62,045 nucleotides of DNA from Candidatus Saccharimonadota bacterium (GCA_014379635.1 JACMLL010000033.1:1-62045); one strand, 5' to 3'. Shown: positions 39,210 through 49,453, numbered from the stretch's first letter. The notes: generated from the letters alone by a model not told the origin. Numbers and translations: made by a program.

Positions 39210-39665
39210 CTATTTTTCCAACTTTTGATGACGTCGGTCTTTCAGAATCTTAACAAAGTCATCAAGCGTTTTAAATTTATGGTAGACACTCGCAAAACGA
39301 ACATAGGCAACTTCATTACGCATCGCAAGTTCGTCAAGGACTTTGTCGCCGACTTGCTTGGAAGTAATTTCGTTTTCACCAATAGCGTAAAGTCCATCCT
39401 CTATGTCTGAAATCATTGCTTCAACTTCAACCTCAGACGCAAAAAACTTTCCGACTGATCGTTTGATGGCATTTGACAATTTTTCTCGGTCGAATAGCTC
39501 GCGCGAACCATCTTTTTTTATAATCGCAAGATTAGGCTTTTCAATACGCTCATAAGTCGTAAAACGGGTGCCGTCTGGAGATTCTCGGCGGCGACGAATC
39601 GTCACTCCGTCCCCGACCTCACGAGACTCGATGACCCTGCTATCACCGATACTATTCTGCGCCAT
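39210..39665 (-). CDS. nrdR: Transcriptional repressor NrdR (Cys-free N-terminal domain)
   Basis: SRVIESR, IRRRRE, RFTTYE, ATP cone IIKKDG.RE.FDREKL, VAYVRFASVY. Confidence 0.93.
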   Translation of the reverse strand: MAQNSIGDSRVIESREVGDGVTIRRRRESPDGTRFTTYERIEKPNLAIIKKDGSRELFDREKLSNAIKRSVGKFFASEVEVEAMISDIEDGLYAIGENEITSKQVGDKVLDELAMRNEVAYVRFASVYHKFKTLDDFVKILKDRRHQKLEK

Positions 39666-39671
39666 TTCGGT

Positions 39672-40868
39672 CTATGCTTCCTTGTCGTTTGAAGTCTTGT
39701 TTTTCTTGCGACGGCGAAGAAAGGCGGGTGTATCAGATTCTTCTTCGTTTTCATTTGGTTGATTCCAGATGTCGTGAGTTGTCTCTTCCGAAAATGCAGC
39801 GGCGGCGTCTCTGTGATCAAGATTGAGGTCAATCGCATCAACCGCATCGTCTGATAGCCGGGTGCTTTCAGGAACGACCGTTTCGGTTGTATCCGTTTTC
39901 TGGTGGAAGTATGCTGAATCAAAGCCTGTTGCAATCACCGTAATGATCAACTCGTCTTCAAGATCGGGCTTTAAGGTTGCACCGAAGATAATATTCGCAT
40001 CAGGCGAGACAGCACTTGTAATAATTTCTGCAGCTTCTTGAATTTCGCTCATACTCATATCGTAACCACCGGTGACGTTGAACAAGACACCCTTTGCACC
40101 ATCAATCGAAACTTCGATAAGTGGCGACTCAATTGCCTGCTGAGCAGCCTGAGCAGCACGATTGTCACCGCTTGCGCGGCCAATACCCATAAGTGCCGAG
40201 CCAGCATTGCTCATAATCGCCTTGACGTCTGCAAAGTCGAGATTAATTAGTCCGTGTTCGGTAATAAGCTCGGAAATTCCCTGAACTCCCTGGCGAAGTA
40301 CGTCATCAGCAATCTTGAAAGTCTCAAGTAGTGGCGTACGGCGGTCAATTGTTTGTAGCAAGCGGTCATTAGGAATAGTAATCAGCGTATCAACTTGTCG
40401 GCCAAGTTGGGCAATTGCCCATTCGGCATTTTGACGACGCTTTTCACCTTCAAAGCTAAATGGTTTAGTAGCAACGCCGACGACGAGGATACCTAGTTCA
40501 CGAGCGATTTCGGCCACAATATGACCAGCACCACTTCCAGTACCACCACCGGCACCAAGGGTTACAAACACCATATCTGCTCCGGTGAGTGCTTCACGAA
40601 TTTCATCACGTGATTCATTGGCAGCAGCCTCGCCTGTGGCAGGATCAGCCCCGGCACCAAGGCCACCAGTTGTGGTGTGTCCCAGGTGAAGGTTGACATC
40701 AGCTCTGCTATTATGTAGCGCTTGGGCATCGGTGTTCATGGCAATAAATTGCACACCATTTAAGCCAGCGTCTTTCATACGGTTAACGGCTGAGCCGCCC
40801 GCGCCACCGACACCGACTACTTTGATGCTGGCAAACGTTTGTATATCGCTTGGTTTTACTTCAGGCAT
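39672..40868 (-). CDS. ftsZ: Cell division protein FtsZ
   Basis: VGGAGGSAVNRM, GGGTGSG, INLDFADV, C-terminal DTPAFLRR; start at MPEVK. Confidence 0.98.
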   Translation of the reverse strand: MPEVKPSDIQTFASIKVVGVGGAGGSAVNRMKDAGLNGVQFIAMNTDAQALHNSRADVNLHLGHTTTGGLGAGADPATGEAAANESRDEIREALTGADMVFVTLGAGGGTGSGAGHIVAEIARELGILVVGVATKPFSFEGEKRRQNAEWAIAQLGRQVDTLITIPNDRLLQTIDRRTPLLETFKIADDVLRQGVQGISELITEHGLINLDFADVKAIMSNAGSALMGIGRASGDNRAAQAAQQAIESPLIEVSIDGAKGVLFNVTGGYDMSMSEIQEAAEIITSAVSPDANIIFGATLKPDLEDELIITVIATGFDSAYFHQKTDTTETVVPESTRLSDDAVDAIDLNLDHRDAAAAFSEETTHDIWNQPNENEEESDTPAFLRRRKKNKTSNDKEA

Positions 40869-40932
40869 GTATCTGTTATCTCCATAGTATTCGTATTCTT
40901 TAATTAGTATACCACTTGCTCGTAAAAAATGG

Positions 40933-42165
40933 CTACGCCTTGAAGCGTGCCAAGAGCTTAGCCACAACCCCGCCCGCATCTATTAGCGGACTACTTGTCT
41001 TCTTTTTACCGCCGTACTGCGAGTTATTTTTGTCGGAATCGAGCAGCATCAGCCCGACAGCAGTCGCAAATTGTGGTTTTTCGATGTTATCGGCCACTCC
41101 GCCATAACCTGAAGTCTTACCGATACGAGCGGCTAGTCCTAGAGATTCTTTGGCATAGTCGACAATACCCTTCAGTTGAGCCGTTCCTCCTGTCAGAACG
41201 ATACCGCCCGGAAGCTTACCGGCGCGGCGCGCTTTTTTCAATTCATTTTGAATTGCTTCAAATATCTCTTCCAGGCGTGCCTCGACTATTTCGTCAATGT
41301 CGCTTGTCTGAAAGGTGTAGATTTCTCCCTCGTATTTTAGGCTGACACCGGAAGTTGTACCCCGCAGCTGCGCAGAAGCGTGCTCAATCTTTAGTTTCTC
41401 GGCAATCTCTGGATCGGTCTTCAGTCCGATAGCCAAGTCGTTGGTAATATTAATACCACCTACAGGAAGAACTGCCGCGTACTGTAAATCCCCTTCTTCG
41501 TAAATTGCAATATTTGTCGTCGCCCCGCCAATATCAATCAGCGCGACACCATTTTCAAGCTGTTGTTCGCTCAGAACAGCCCTGGCCGCGGCGACACCCG
41601 CAACAATAATCGAATGAGGCAATACTTTAGCAGAGTCAGCCGCCTTTTGCAGGTTAGTCAGGTGAGGTGCGAGCGCGGACACAACATGAGCGTCAATCTC
41701 GAGGCGCGTGCCCGTCATGCCAAGTGGATCCTTGATATTGTCTTGTCCATCAAGTTTATAAGCGTGTGGCACAACGTCCAATATTTCGCGGTTAGCCGGT
41801 ACTTTACCAAGCGTTGCCACCTCTTCGATACGAGATAAGTCCTCGTGAGTAATCTCGTGGTCAGCCGCACCGACGGCTATCATGCCATCGGCGTGAGTAC
41901 TTAAAATATGAGTTCCATTAATACTGACTGTTGCCTCATTCACCTGGTAACCACTCATGCGTTCGGCTTCACCGAGAGCATCGTCAATTGCCTGCCCGGG
42001 ACCGCTGAGGTTTACGACCGTCCCTTTTCTCATGCCACTATTTGGGGCGCTACCGACACCGACAATCGTCGGTGAACCTGTTGTTCCGTCTATGTGGGCC
42101 ACGACGCAGCGTACTGTTGTTGTACCGATGTCAATACCGACAGCGTATCGAGAGTTTTCTTGCAT
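40933..42165 (-). CDS. ftsA: Cell division protein FtsA
   Basis: GIDIGTT, GMRKG.VV, IDIGGATT, VLTGG, FATAVGL. Confidence 0.97.
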   Translation of the reverse strand: MQENSRYAVGIDIGTTTVRCVVAHIDGTTGSPTIVGVGSAPNSGMRKGTVVNLSGPGQAIDDALGEAERMSGYQVNEATVSINGTHILSTHADGMIAVGAADHEITHEDLSRIEEVATLGKVPANREILDVVPHAYKLDGQDNIKDPLGMTGTRLEIDAHVVSALAPHLTNLQKAADSAKVLPHSIIVAGVAAARAVLSEQQLENGVALIDIGGATTNIAIYEEGDLQYAAVLPVGGINITNDLAIGLKTDPEIAEKLKIEHASAQLRGTTSGVSLKYEGEIYTFQTSDIDEIVEARLEEIFEAIQNELKKARRAGKLPGGIVLTGGTAQLKGIVDYAKESLGLAARIGKTSGYGGVADNIEKPQFATAVGLMLLDSDKNNSQYGGKKKTSSPLIDAGGVVAKLLARFKA

Positions 42166-42210
42166 GGTACTTAGTATATCGCTAATGCAAGAAGTTGCAA
42201 ACTATATATC

Positions 42211-42966
42211 TTAAAGCTGCGTCAAAATCTCGACACCGTCTTCAGTCACCAGAACCGTGTGCTCAAAATGCGCCGCCAGGCTGCCGTCGCGGGTGCGGAT
42301 AGTCCAACCATCGCTATCGGTCTTAATCTTTTCGCCACCAAGCGTCGCCATTGGCTCAATCGCAATCGTATCACCGGGAACGAGCAGGACGCCTGTTCCT
42401 TTTTGGCCCCAGTTTGGCACTTCTGGCGCTTGGTGCATTTCGTGTCCGACGCCGTGCCCGACTAGCTCGCGAATAATGCCTAATTTACCTTCACGCAAAA
42501 CTTTTTCGACTGCGGCACCAATATCACCCGTATACGTTGGCCCCTTGATTGCGTCAATTCCTGCGAACAAACTCCGCTCGGTCAGGTTAAGCAGGTGCTT
42601 TTTGGCTCCACTCGGAGTTTCACCAACAATCATGCTAAAAGCGCTGTCAGTTTTCATGCCTTTATACGTAATCACTAGGTCAAAACTGGCGATATCGCCT
42701 CGTTCAAATCGGTAGTCGGTGGGAATACCGTGTACGATTTCATCATTCGTCGAGATACAAATAGTATTAGGAAAATTTACTTCAGCTGTTTTATAGGTAG
42801 CCGTCGCACCCAACGCTCTAATCTCATGGGCCACCCAAGCATCAAGCTCAAGCTCGCTCACCCCAACCACAATTTGCTTTTTTAGGCCGTCGTAAATAGT
42901 AGCTAGTATTTTGCCGCCCTCACGCATCGCATTAATTTCGGCAACTGTTTTTAGACGAGCTTGCAT
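42211..42966 (-). CDS. map: Methionine aminopeptidase type I
   Basis: VHGIP, GHGVG..MH..P, IAIEPM, AAHFEHTV. Confidence 0.97.
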   Translation of the reverse strand: MQARLKTVAEINAMREGGKILATIYDGLKKQIVVGVSELELDAWVAHEIRALGATATYKTAEVNFPNTICISTNDEIVHGIPTDYRFERGDIASFDLVITYKGMKTDSAFSMIVGETPSGAKKHLLNLTERSLFAGIDAIKGPTYTGDIGAAVEKVLREGKLGIIRELVGHGVGHEMHQAPEVPNWGQKGTGVLLVPGDTIAIEPMATLGGEKIKTDSDGWTIRTRDGSLAAHFEHTVLVTEDGVEILTQL

Positions 42967-43496
42967 GCAACCAATTCTTCCATAATGCGGTCATGGACCT
43001 GACCGACAGTGCCTGTACCGTCGATGTGAACGATATTAATATTGTGTTCCGTAAAGTAACTCAAAATTGGATACATTTCATGTCGGTAAGTGTTAAACCG
43101 TTCGTCGATTGCCTGAGGTGTATCGTCGGTCCGACCACGAACCTCAAGTCGCATCAATAGCTCACTCTTGGGAACTTCCAGCACAACCACCAGACCGATA
43201 GGCCGTCCGTGAGATGGCTGACTTTCAACCAACCATTGAGCCTGAACGAGCGTTCGAGGAAAGCCATCGATGATCACTTGGCTGATACTGGCCGCCCGCT
43301 TTAAGGCAGCGTCCATAATTTCGTTTACCTTTTCCGGCGCAATCAACTTGCCTGCTTGCATTTCGCCCAGCAGTTCAATATTACGAGTATCACGCAGTAA
43401 TTGACCAGTGCTCAACCAACGCCATCCCTGACGGGCAGCCAACATTTGCCCTTGGACGCTCTTACCAGCTCCGGCGGGACCAAAGAATATAATCAT
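42951..43496 (-). CDS. adk: Adenylate kinase (short LID) / NMP kinase
   Basis: GPAGAGKS, STGQLLR, DGFPR, RGRTDD; adjacent to map. Confidence 0.88.
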   Translation of the reverse strand: MIIFFGPAGAGKSVQGQMLAARQGWRWLSTGQLLRDTRNIELLGEMQAGKLIAPEKVNEIMDAALKRAASISQVIIDGFPRTLVQAQWLVESQPSHGRPIGLVVVLEVPKSELLMRLEVRGRTDDTPQAIDERFNTYRHEMYPILSYFTEHNINIVHIDGTGTVGQVHDRIMEELVACKLV

Positions 43497-43517
43497 AATA
43501 AATGCTCCTTTTTGTTT

Positions 43518-43970
43518 TTATTGTAGCGCGTTTTTAACAAGTCGTGCGACTGTCGCGCCGTCGGCACTGTTACCAAGTTCTTTTTTAACCGCACCAATGA
43601 CCTGGCCCATTGCACTCGGACCACTGACACCAAGCTCACCGACAACACGACTTACCACTAGAGAGATTTCGTTTTCAGACAATTGTATCGGTAAATAGGC
43701 CACCAAAACTTTTGCCTCAGCGCGCTCGTTGTCGGCCAGTTCTGGGCGCTCAGCACCGTCATAAATACTGGCGCTCTCGTTACGCTTTTTGACTTCACGG
43801 GCAACTATCTGTTCAATCACCTCGTCGCTCAAGCCTTCATCGCGCTTATTTTGGGCAACTTCTTCATTGAGAATTGCTGCCTTCAGCCCACGCAAAACTT
43901 CTCCCCCAAAACGATCGCCGCCTAATAAGGCGGCTTTTAAATCGTTATTAACCTGCTCTTTTAGAGCCAC
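43518..43970 (-). CDS. GatB/YqeY domain protein
   Basis: REVKKR.ES, YLP.QLSE, MGQVIG, ADGA.V; follows rpsU. Confidence 0.92.
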   Translation of the reverse strand: MALKEQVNNDLKAALLGGDRFGGEVLRGLKAAILNEEVAQNKRDEGLSDEVIEQIVAREVKKRNESASIYDGAERPELADNERAEAKVLVAYLPIQLSENEISLVVSRVVGELGVSGPSAMGQVIGAVKKELGNSADGATVARLVKNALQ

Positions 43971-43972
43971 GC

Positions 43973-44188
43973 TTAACGGAGTCCTAGGCGTGCTTTGTTT
44001 AGCTTTTCAGCTTTGCGTTCTTTACGAATAATCGCTTTGGCGCGGCGCTCGGTCTTGCTAAGAGGTTTAGCAAATCGCATAGAAGCCTTGGCTTCAGCGA
44101 GTACGCCACTCTGCAAAACTTTACGGTTAAAACGACGAATAATATTCTCGTTTGCTTCTCGTTCATCTTTACGTGTTACTTGTACCAT
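43973..44188 (-). CDS. rpsU: 30S ribosomal protein S21
   Basis: E.NENIIRRFNRKV..SGVL.E.K..F.KP; start at MVQVT. Confidence 0.85.
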   Translation of the reverse strand: MVQVTRKDEREANENIIRRFNRKVLQSGVLAEAKASMRFAKPLSKTERRAKAIIRKERKAEKLNKARLGLR

Positions 44189-44229
44189 ATGAGGTGTATT
44201 GTAACAGAGAATGAACATCGGTGCAACAG

Positions 44230-45858
44230 CTATGCGCCCCCAATGTCCAACAATCGCCCTTCAACACTGCGTCGGCCCTGCCATTCGTTCAATGTTGGCT
44301 GAAACAACAAAGTTACTGTCTCGCCTGGTTCAGCAAAAAAATGACTCGGAGCGCCAAAAGCGAGAACCTGCATCCTTTTTCCTAGCTTATCTTTTACCTC
44401 TAGTTTGACGTGTTGGTTATCTGCCCCCATGCGGCGCTGATCGGTTACGATGACATTTTCTATTTTTAGAATTGGCTCAGGATTACCGCTACCAAACGGC
44501 TCAAGGTCAGAAAGTTGCAAGATAAGACTTTCGGTCACTTCTGCAAAATCTTCGATAACGACATCCGCCTTCGGAAGTAGCAATGCTGCCTGGTTCAATA
44601 AGTTTTTAGACCGATAGAACTCATTGACCCGCACTCGAAAAGCCGCAATATTTTCGGTTGGTAACGTCACACCAGCCGCTAAGGTATGTCCTCCACCCTT
44701 GGTAATAATGTCATCAGACGCGCGAATAGCCTCGACGGCGCTGAAACCACCGTAGCTACGGGCCGAGCCTTTGGATTGTTCCCCTATTTCTTGCAGGACA
44801 TAAGTCGGTTTTTTGTATTTTTCTAATAATCTTGCTGCCACAATGCCGACGATTCCATGATTCCAATCTGCACCACTCACAACTAGCACGGGATCTTTAT
44901 CGTATTGTTCGGCTTGCAAAATAGCTGCCTTCAAAATCACCGCTTGATCTGATCGCCTGGTTTGGTTCAAGACGTCGAGCTGTTGGGCCTTTTCAAAGGC
45001 GATTTCATTATCACCCGCTAGTAGCATGTCCAAAGCATGACGTGCAGTCTCGAGCCGTCCAGCCGCATTCATCCGCGGCCCCAGTCCAAAGCCGAGTGAA
45101 CGACTGTTTAGCGTGTTCGGATCAACCTTAGCAACTGCCATCAAAGCCTTTAGGCCGGGTCGGCGAGTTTTAGCAAGAACTTGCAGCCCGAAATAGACAT
45201 TCGTGCGATTTTCATCAACCAGTGTCACGACGTCACAGACCGTACCGAGTGCCACCAAATCAAGCAACCACTTCTCGTGTCCAGCAGGTAAGCCCTCCAG
45301 ACGAGTCTGCAAGGCTTGGACTAACTTAAAAGCGACCCCTACACCCGCAAGATCAATAAACGGATAACTGTGATCCTTTCTTTTTGGATTCACTACCGCT
45401 ATCGCAAGCGGCTGTACGTCGCTTACGTTATGGTGGTCGGTCACGATAATATCAACTCCGAGCGCATTCGATCGCTCAATTTCCTTGTGGCTCAAACTAC
45501 CGCAATCAACCGTTACTATCAATTGAGCACCACCGGCCACAATTTGTTCCACGGCATCAACCGTCAGCCCATACCCCTCAACAAAACGATTGGGAATAAA
45601 AGCATCGACATGCTTAAACCCAAACGACCTAAACGCGTCAATCAGAACGGTTGTTGCCGTTAATCCGTCAATATCGTAGTCACCATAAATTGTAATGTGT
45701 TCTTGTTTGTGGCGAGCTTGAACCAACCGCTCAACCGCTTTTGCCATATCCGGAAGTAAAAATGGATCGTGCTTTTTTACATAATCTGGAGAAAGAAAAT
45801 CAGCCGCCACATCAGCTGTTAAACCGCGGGCGGCAAGAATCTGCTCAAACAATGACAT
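44230..45858 (-). CDS. recJ: Single-stranded DNA exonuclease RecJ
   Basis: YGDYDIDG, TVDCG, TDHH, GSARS, GGH..AAG. Confidence 0.96.
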   Translation of the reverse strand: MSLFEQILAARGLTADVAADFLSPDYVKKHDPFLLPDMAKAVERLVQARHKQEHITIYGDYDIDGLTATTVLIDAFRSFGFKHVDAFIPNRFVEGYGLTVDAVEQIVAGGAQLIVTVDCGSLSHKEIERSNALGVDIIVTDHHNVSDVQPLAIAVVNPKRKDHSYPFIDLAGVGVAFKLVQALQTRLEGLPAGHEKWLLDLVALGTVCDVVTLVDENRTNVYFGLQVLAKTRRPGLKALMAVAKVDPNTLNSRSLGFGLGPRMNAAGRLETARHALDMLLAGDNEIAFEKAQQLDVLNQTRRSDQAVILKAAILQAEQYDKDPVLVVSGADWNHGIVGIVAARLLEKYKKPTYVLQEIGEQSKGSARSYGGFSAVEAIRASDDIITKGGGHTLAAGVTLPTENIAAFRVRVNEFYRSKNLLNQAALLLPKADVVIEDFAEVTESLILQLSDLEPFGSGNPEPILKIENVIVTDQRRMGADNQHVKLEVKDKLGKRMQVLAFGAPSHFFAEPGETVTLLFQPTLNEWQGRRSVEGRLLDIGGA

Positions 45859-45859
45859 C

Positions 45860-46159
45860 TTAGATATCTGACGGCGAACGCTTCGGGCGACCAGCGTGCT
45901 GTTGTGACTTTATAACAATACTTTGAAGTTCTTTAAAAATAGCGAACTGTTTGTTGGTAGCGTAAATTTTAGTGTTACCTTGTTTTTCGCTCGTCAAAAA
46001 ACCAACTTTTTCGAGCCGTTTTAGTTCACGTTGAATATTACCTGGGTCTTCTTTGATTAGTTTGGCCAGGCCGCGAACATGAGTACGAAAATCAGGATAT
46101 TTCGCATAGACCACTACAATTTTTCGCCGTACCCGAGATGTAATAAAAACGTCTAACAT
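45860..46159 (-). CDS. Winged helix-turn-helix regulator (ArsR-like/MNT-associated type, standalone)
   Basis: FITSRVRRKI..HVRGLAKLI...GNIQRELKRLEKVGFL.SEK.GN.K.Y. Confidence 0.8.
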   Translation of the reverse strand: MLDVFITSRVRRKIVVVYAKYPDFRTHVRGLAKLIKEDPGNIQRELKRLEKVGFLTSEKQGNTKIYATNKQFAIFKELQSIVIKSQQHAGRPKRSPSDI

Positions 46160-46226
46160 GATTTCCTTTATTTAACTGACTACCTCACACTGTTGCTTTT
46201 TATTCTACAGTTTTGTACTGGATGGG

Positions 46227-46883
46227 TCAACGCCAATTCAAAACAATTTGATTTATTTTAGCAATCGTCTCCTCGTGAGACGGTATAATATTTTGATTAT
46301 AATAATGATCAGTTCCCATAAAGTTGTCTTTGACGTCCAAAATATGAAGCTCGTCAGCCAAGATATGCAGTCGGTCAACCGCTTGCACGCTGGCGATCGG
46401 TGTGGCGACAACCAATCGCTTAATACAGATTGGCTTTATGAAATCGACAGCCACATCAAGCGAGGCACCATTATCAAGCCCATCCGACACCAAGATAACG
46501 ACGTGGTTCCGTAATAAATCATTGTCGATAATTCCCCCGTCCCCAAGCAAGCGATTCATTCTTTGGAAAGCCTCACGCTTTTGCTCGTCAAGATACCCGT
46601 GAAATTCACCGGCATATTCTTCGATCTCACCCGTCGAGAACATGCCATTGTAGGTAAATCCTCCATTTTGCGAGACTGCACCAAAGCTTAGACTTTCACC
46701 TGGTATCTGGATATCCTCTGTCAGCAACATCATGAGGACGCAGTGTAGGGCGGCGGCAATTTGTTCGCCAACCAAAACGGCTCCATCGCTGAGCGCAACG
46801 ACGGCACAGTTTTCATAGCGGTACTGCTCGACTAGCTGAACGGCCAGCAGTTGCCCCGCCTGTTCTCGACTCTCAAAATACAT
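46227..46883 (-). CDS. Phosphoribosyltransferase-fold protein with degenerate PRPP motif
   Basis: YFESREQAGQLLA N-terminus; VILVSDGLDNG where DDG is expected; LVVATP. Confidence 0.8.
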   Translation of the reverse strand: MYFESREQAGQLLAVQLVEQYRYENCAVVALSDGAVLVGEQIAAALHCVLMMLLTEDIQIPGESLSFGAVSQNGGFTYNGMFSTGEIEEYAGEFHGYLDEQKREAFQRMNRLLGDGGIIDNDLLRNHVVILVSDGLDNGASLDVAVDFIKPICIKRLVVATPIASVQAVDRLHILADELHILDVKDNFMGTDHYYNQNIIPSHEETIAKINQIVLNWR

Positions 46884-46912
46884 ATGCTTATTTTAGCAGT
46901 ATACTGGTAGAT

Positions 46913-48853
46913 ATGCACTACTACGAAGTAGCCCCCAATCAAATTGTTCGCCCAGGCAGTAGCGTATTTACCTATGCCTCCAAACAGCCGCTCAGTATCG
47001 GGCAAATCGTCTTGGTCGAAGTAGGAAAAAAACATATGGTGGGCGTCATAATACGAACCACAAAACAGCCGAGCTACCCAACCAAACCAATTGTTTCGGT
47101 TATCGAACAGACCCCTCTTCCCGCTCAGCTCCTCGACCTTGCCACGTGGCTATCCGAGTACTACGTCGCGCCCCTCGCGAGTGTCTTGCAGGCATTACTT
47201 CCCCGCGGTCTTCAAAAGACACGCCGCCCGAGGACAAAGACAGCTCCGCACGCTTCGCGCGCCCGAACAAATATTGTGTTCAATACGGAGCAGCAACAGG
47301 TAATTGAAGCTGTTAAGACTACCTCTCCTGGAACCTTTTTACTACAGGGAATCACTGGCTCAGGCAAAACAGAAGTGTATATTGAAATCGCCAAACGTGC
47401 AATCAATAACGGCAAGTCCGCTATCATCCTCGTACCGGAAATTGCCTTAACGTCTCAAATTTTAGCTGAATTCTCGCATCATTTCGAAGACATCTTGATT
47501 GTCCATTCGACCATCACCGAAGCCGAGCGTCACATCACCTGGAAAGAGGCCCTGGATAGTGCGGACCCTCGGGTGGTAATTGGCGCCCGATCCGCCCTCT
47601 TCACTCCGCTGAAAAATATTGGTGCGATTATCGTGGACGAAGCACATGAGCCAAGCTACAAGCAAGAGCAGTCCCCTCGCTACTCGGCTCTCCGAGCAGC
47701 CACGATACTCGGTCGTTTTCACAAAGCCCCTGTTATTTTGGGTAGCGCTACGCCAAGCGTGTCCGATCGATATCTGGCAGAACAATCTCACCGTCCTATT
47801 TTGACACTCACTAAAGCTGCTCGCGAGCGTACATTACCGCCGACTGTGTCACTGGTAGATATGACGAAGCGAGCCAACTCTGGCGGTCATCGTTTTCTTT
47901 CAAAACAGCTCCTTACACAACTGGAGACGACCTTAGCGGAAGGTAAACAGGCACTCATCTTCCATAACCGCCGTGGCAGTGCCAGCACCACATTATGTGA
48001 AAATTGTGGCTGGACAGCACAATGTCCTCACTGCTATATACCCCTCACACTTCATTCTGATCGTCATCATGTCCGCTGCCATATTTGCAACTACCAACAG
48101 ACCGTCCCAACGTCCTGCCCTGACTGTGGCCATGTTGATATCATCCACAAGGGCTTTGGCACGAAACTAATAGAGACCGAGCTTAAAAAACTCTTTCCCA
48201 AGGCAGCTATCGCGCGTTTTGATGCCGACAACGACCCTAAAGAGACTGTTAACGCTCGCTACGGCGAGCTCTACAGCGGAGCGATTGATATTGCCATCGG
48301 AACACAGGTCATCGCCAAAGGCCTTGACCTGCCAGAACTACGAATGGTTGGTGTTATTCAAGCCGATAGTGGCCTAGCTTTGCCAGATTTCAGTGCCAGC
48401 GAACGTACCTTCCAACTACTCGCCCAAGTAGTAGGCCGGGTCGGTCGCAACGAACATGCGACGCAAGTTGTTGTTCAAAGTTATCAGCCGGCGCACCCTA
48501 GTGTCGTCTGCGGGCTGGCTCAAGATTATGAATCCTTTTATACTTATGCGCTGAAAGAACGAAAAAAAGGCCTCTTCCCTCCTTTTACCCACCTCCTGCA
48601 GTTAACGTGTATCTACAAGTCAGAGACCGCTGCGATACGTAATGCCCAACTTGTTGCCCGTGACCTCCGCAACAAACTTCACAATGACATCACTATTCTC
48701 GGGCCGACGCCGGCATTTTACGAACGACAACGCGACACGTACCGTTGGCAACTAACCCTTAAAAGCCCTTCACGCGAGCATCTGATTAACGCCCTTGGCT
48801 TTGTTCCGACCACACACTGGCAATCGGAACTCGACCCTACTAGCCTGCTTTAG
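46913..48853 (+). CDS. priA: Primosomal protein N'
   Basis: GITGSGKTEVY, LVPEIALT, DEAH, NRRG, four CxxC pairs, QVVGRVGR. Confidence 0.96.
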   Translation: MHYYEVAPNQIVRPGSSVFTYASKQPLSIGQIVLVEVGKKHMVGVIIRTTKQPSYPTKPIVSVIEQTPLPAQLLDLATWLSEYYVAPLASVLQALLPRGLQKTRRPRTKTAPHASRARTNIVFNTEQQQVIEAVKTTSPGTFLLQGITGSGKTEVYIEIAKRAINNGKSAIILVPEIALTSQILAEFSHHFEDILIVHSTITEAERHITWKEALDSADPRVVIGARSALFTPLKNIGAIIVDEAHEPSYKQEQSPRYSALRAATILGRFHKAPVILGSATPSVSDRYLAEQSHRPILTLTKAARERTLPPTVSLVDMTKRANSGGHRFLSKQLLTQLETTLAEGKQALIFHNRRGSASTTLCENCGWTAQCPHCYIPLTLHSDRHHVRCHICNYQQTVPTSCPDCGHVDIIHKGFGTKLIETELKKLFPKAAIARFDADNDPKETVNARYGELYSGAIDIAIGTQVIAKGLDLPELRMVGVIQADSGLALPDFSASERTFQLLAQVVGRVGRNEHATQVVVQSYQPAHPSVVCGLAQDYESFYTYALKERKKGLFPPFTHLLQLTCIYKSETAAIRNAQLVARDLRNKLHNDITILGPTPAFYERQRDTYRWQLTLKSPSREHLINALGFVPTTHWQSELDPTSLL

Positions 48854-48877
48854 CTACCCCTGGTATACTACAAAGGA

Positions 48878-49453
48878 ATGAAAAAAGAAGATATCATCAC
48901 CCTACCCTGCCCTCGTCTGCGACACAAGTCAGCCAAAGTTCACGTTGTCACCGACGAAACCAAAGGCTTAATTGACGATATGGTGTCAGCGGCGCTAGAT
49001 TGGGAAGACAGCCGGCCACACGAAATCAGCGCCGCCCTTGCCGCGGTTCAAATTGATCGACTTGATCGAGTAGTAATTGTACGCAGCGATTTTGACGACA
49101 AGGAAGTGCGCGACTTTACGACACTAATCAACCCCGAAATCGTGAAGTATGAGGGTGATATTCTTGATGATTACGAAGGCTGCCTGAGTGTCAGTAATGT
49201 TTATGGAAAAGTCCCTCGATTCGCAAAAATCCGCATCAAGGCGCTCGACAAAGACGGTAAAGAAGTCCGCTTTAAGGCCGAAGGTTTCTTGGCACGGGTT
49301 ATCCAGCACGAAATCGATCACACTAACGGCATTGTTTTTATCGACCATATTCGTGACTTAACAGATGCATTTTATACTCTCGACGAGAAAGGCGAGCTCC
49401 AACCACTTGATTATGACCAGCATATCAAAACCAATAGTATTCTTTGGGACTGA
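48878..49453 (+). CDS. def: Peptide deformylase
   Basis: EGCLS, QHEIDH.NG; motif 1 variant SAALAAVQI. Confidence 0.94.
   Translation: MKKEDIITLPCPRLRHKSAKVHVVTDETKGLIDDMVSAALDWEDSRPHEISAALAAVQIDRLDRVVIVRSDFDDKEVRDFTTLINPEIVKYEGDILDDYEGCLSVSNVYGKVPRFAKIRIKALDKDGKEVRFKAEGFLARVIQHEIDHTNGIVFIDHIRDLTDAFYTLDEKGELQPLDYDQHIKTNSILWD

Noticed and set aside
40869..40979. N-terminal extensions in the ORF track (ftsZ; similarly lysS, rpmE2, parA, ileS, rpsU, fmt, response regulator, pilin)
   Set aside because: They arise from upstream alternative starts. Conserved N-termini and RBS or -10 positions support the later starts used here.
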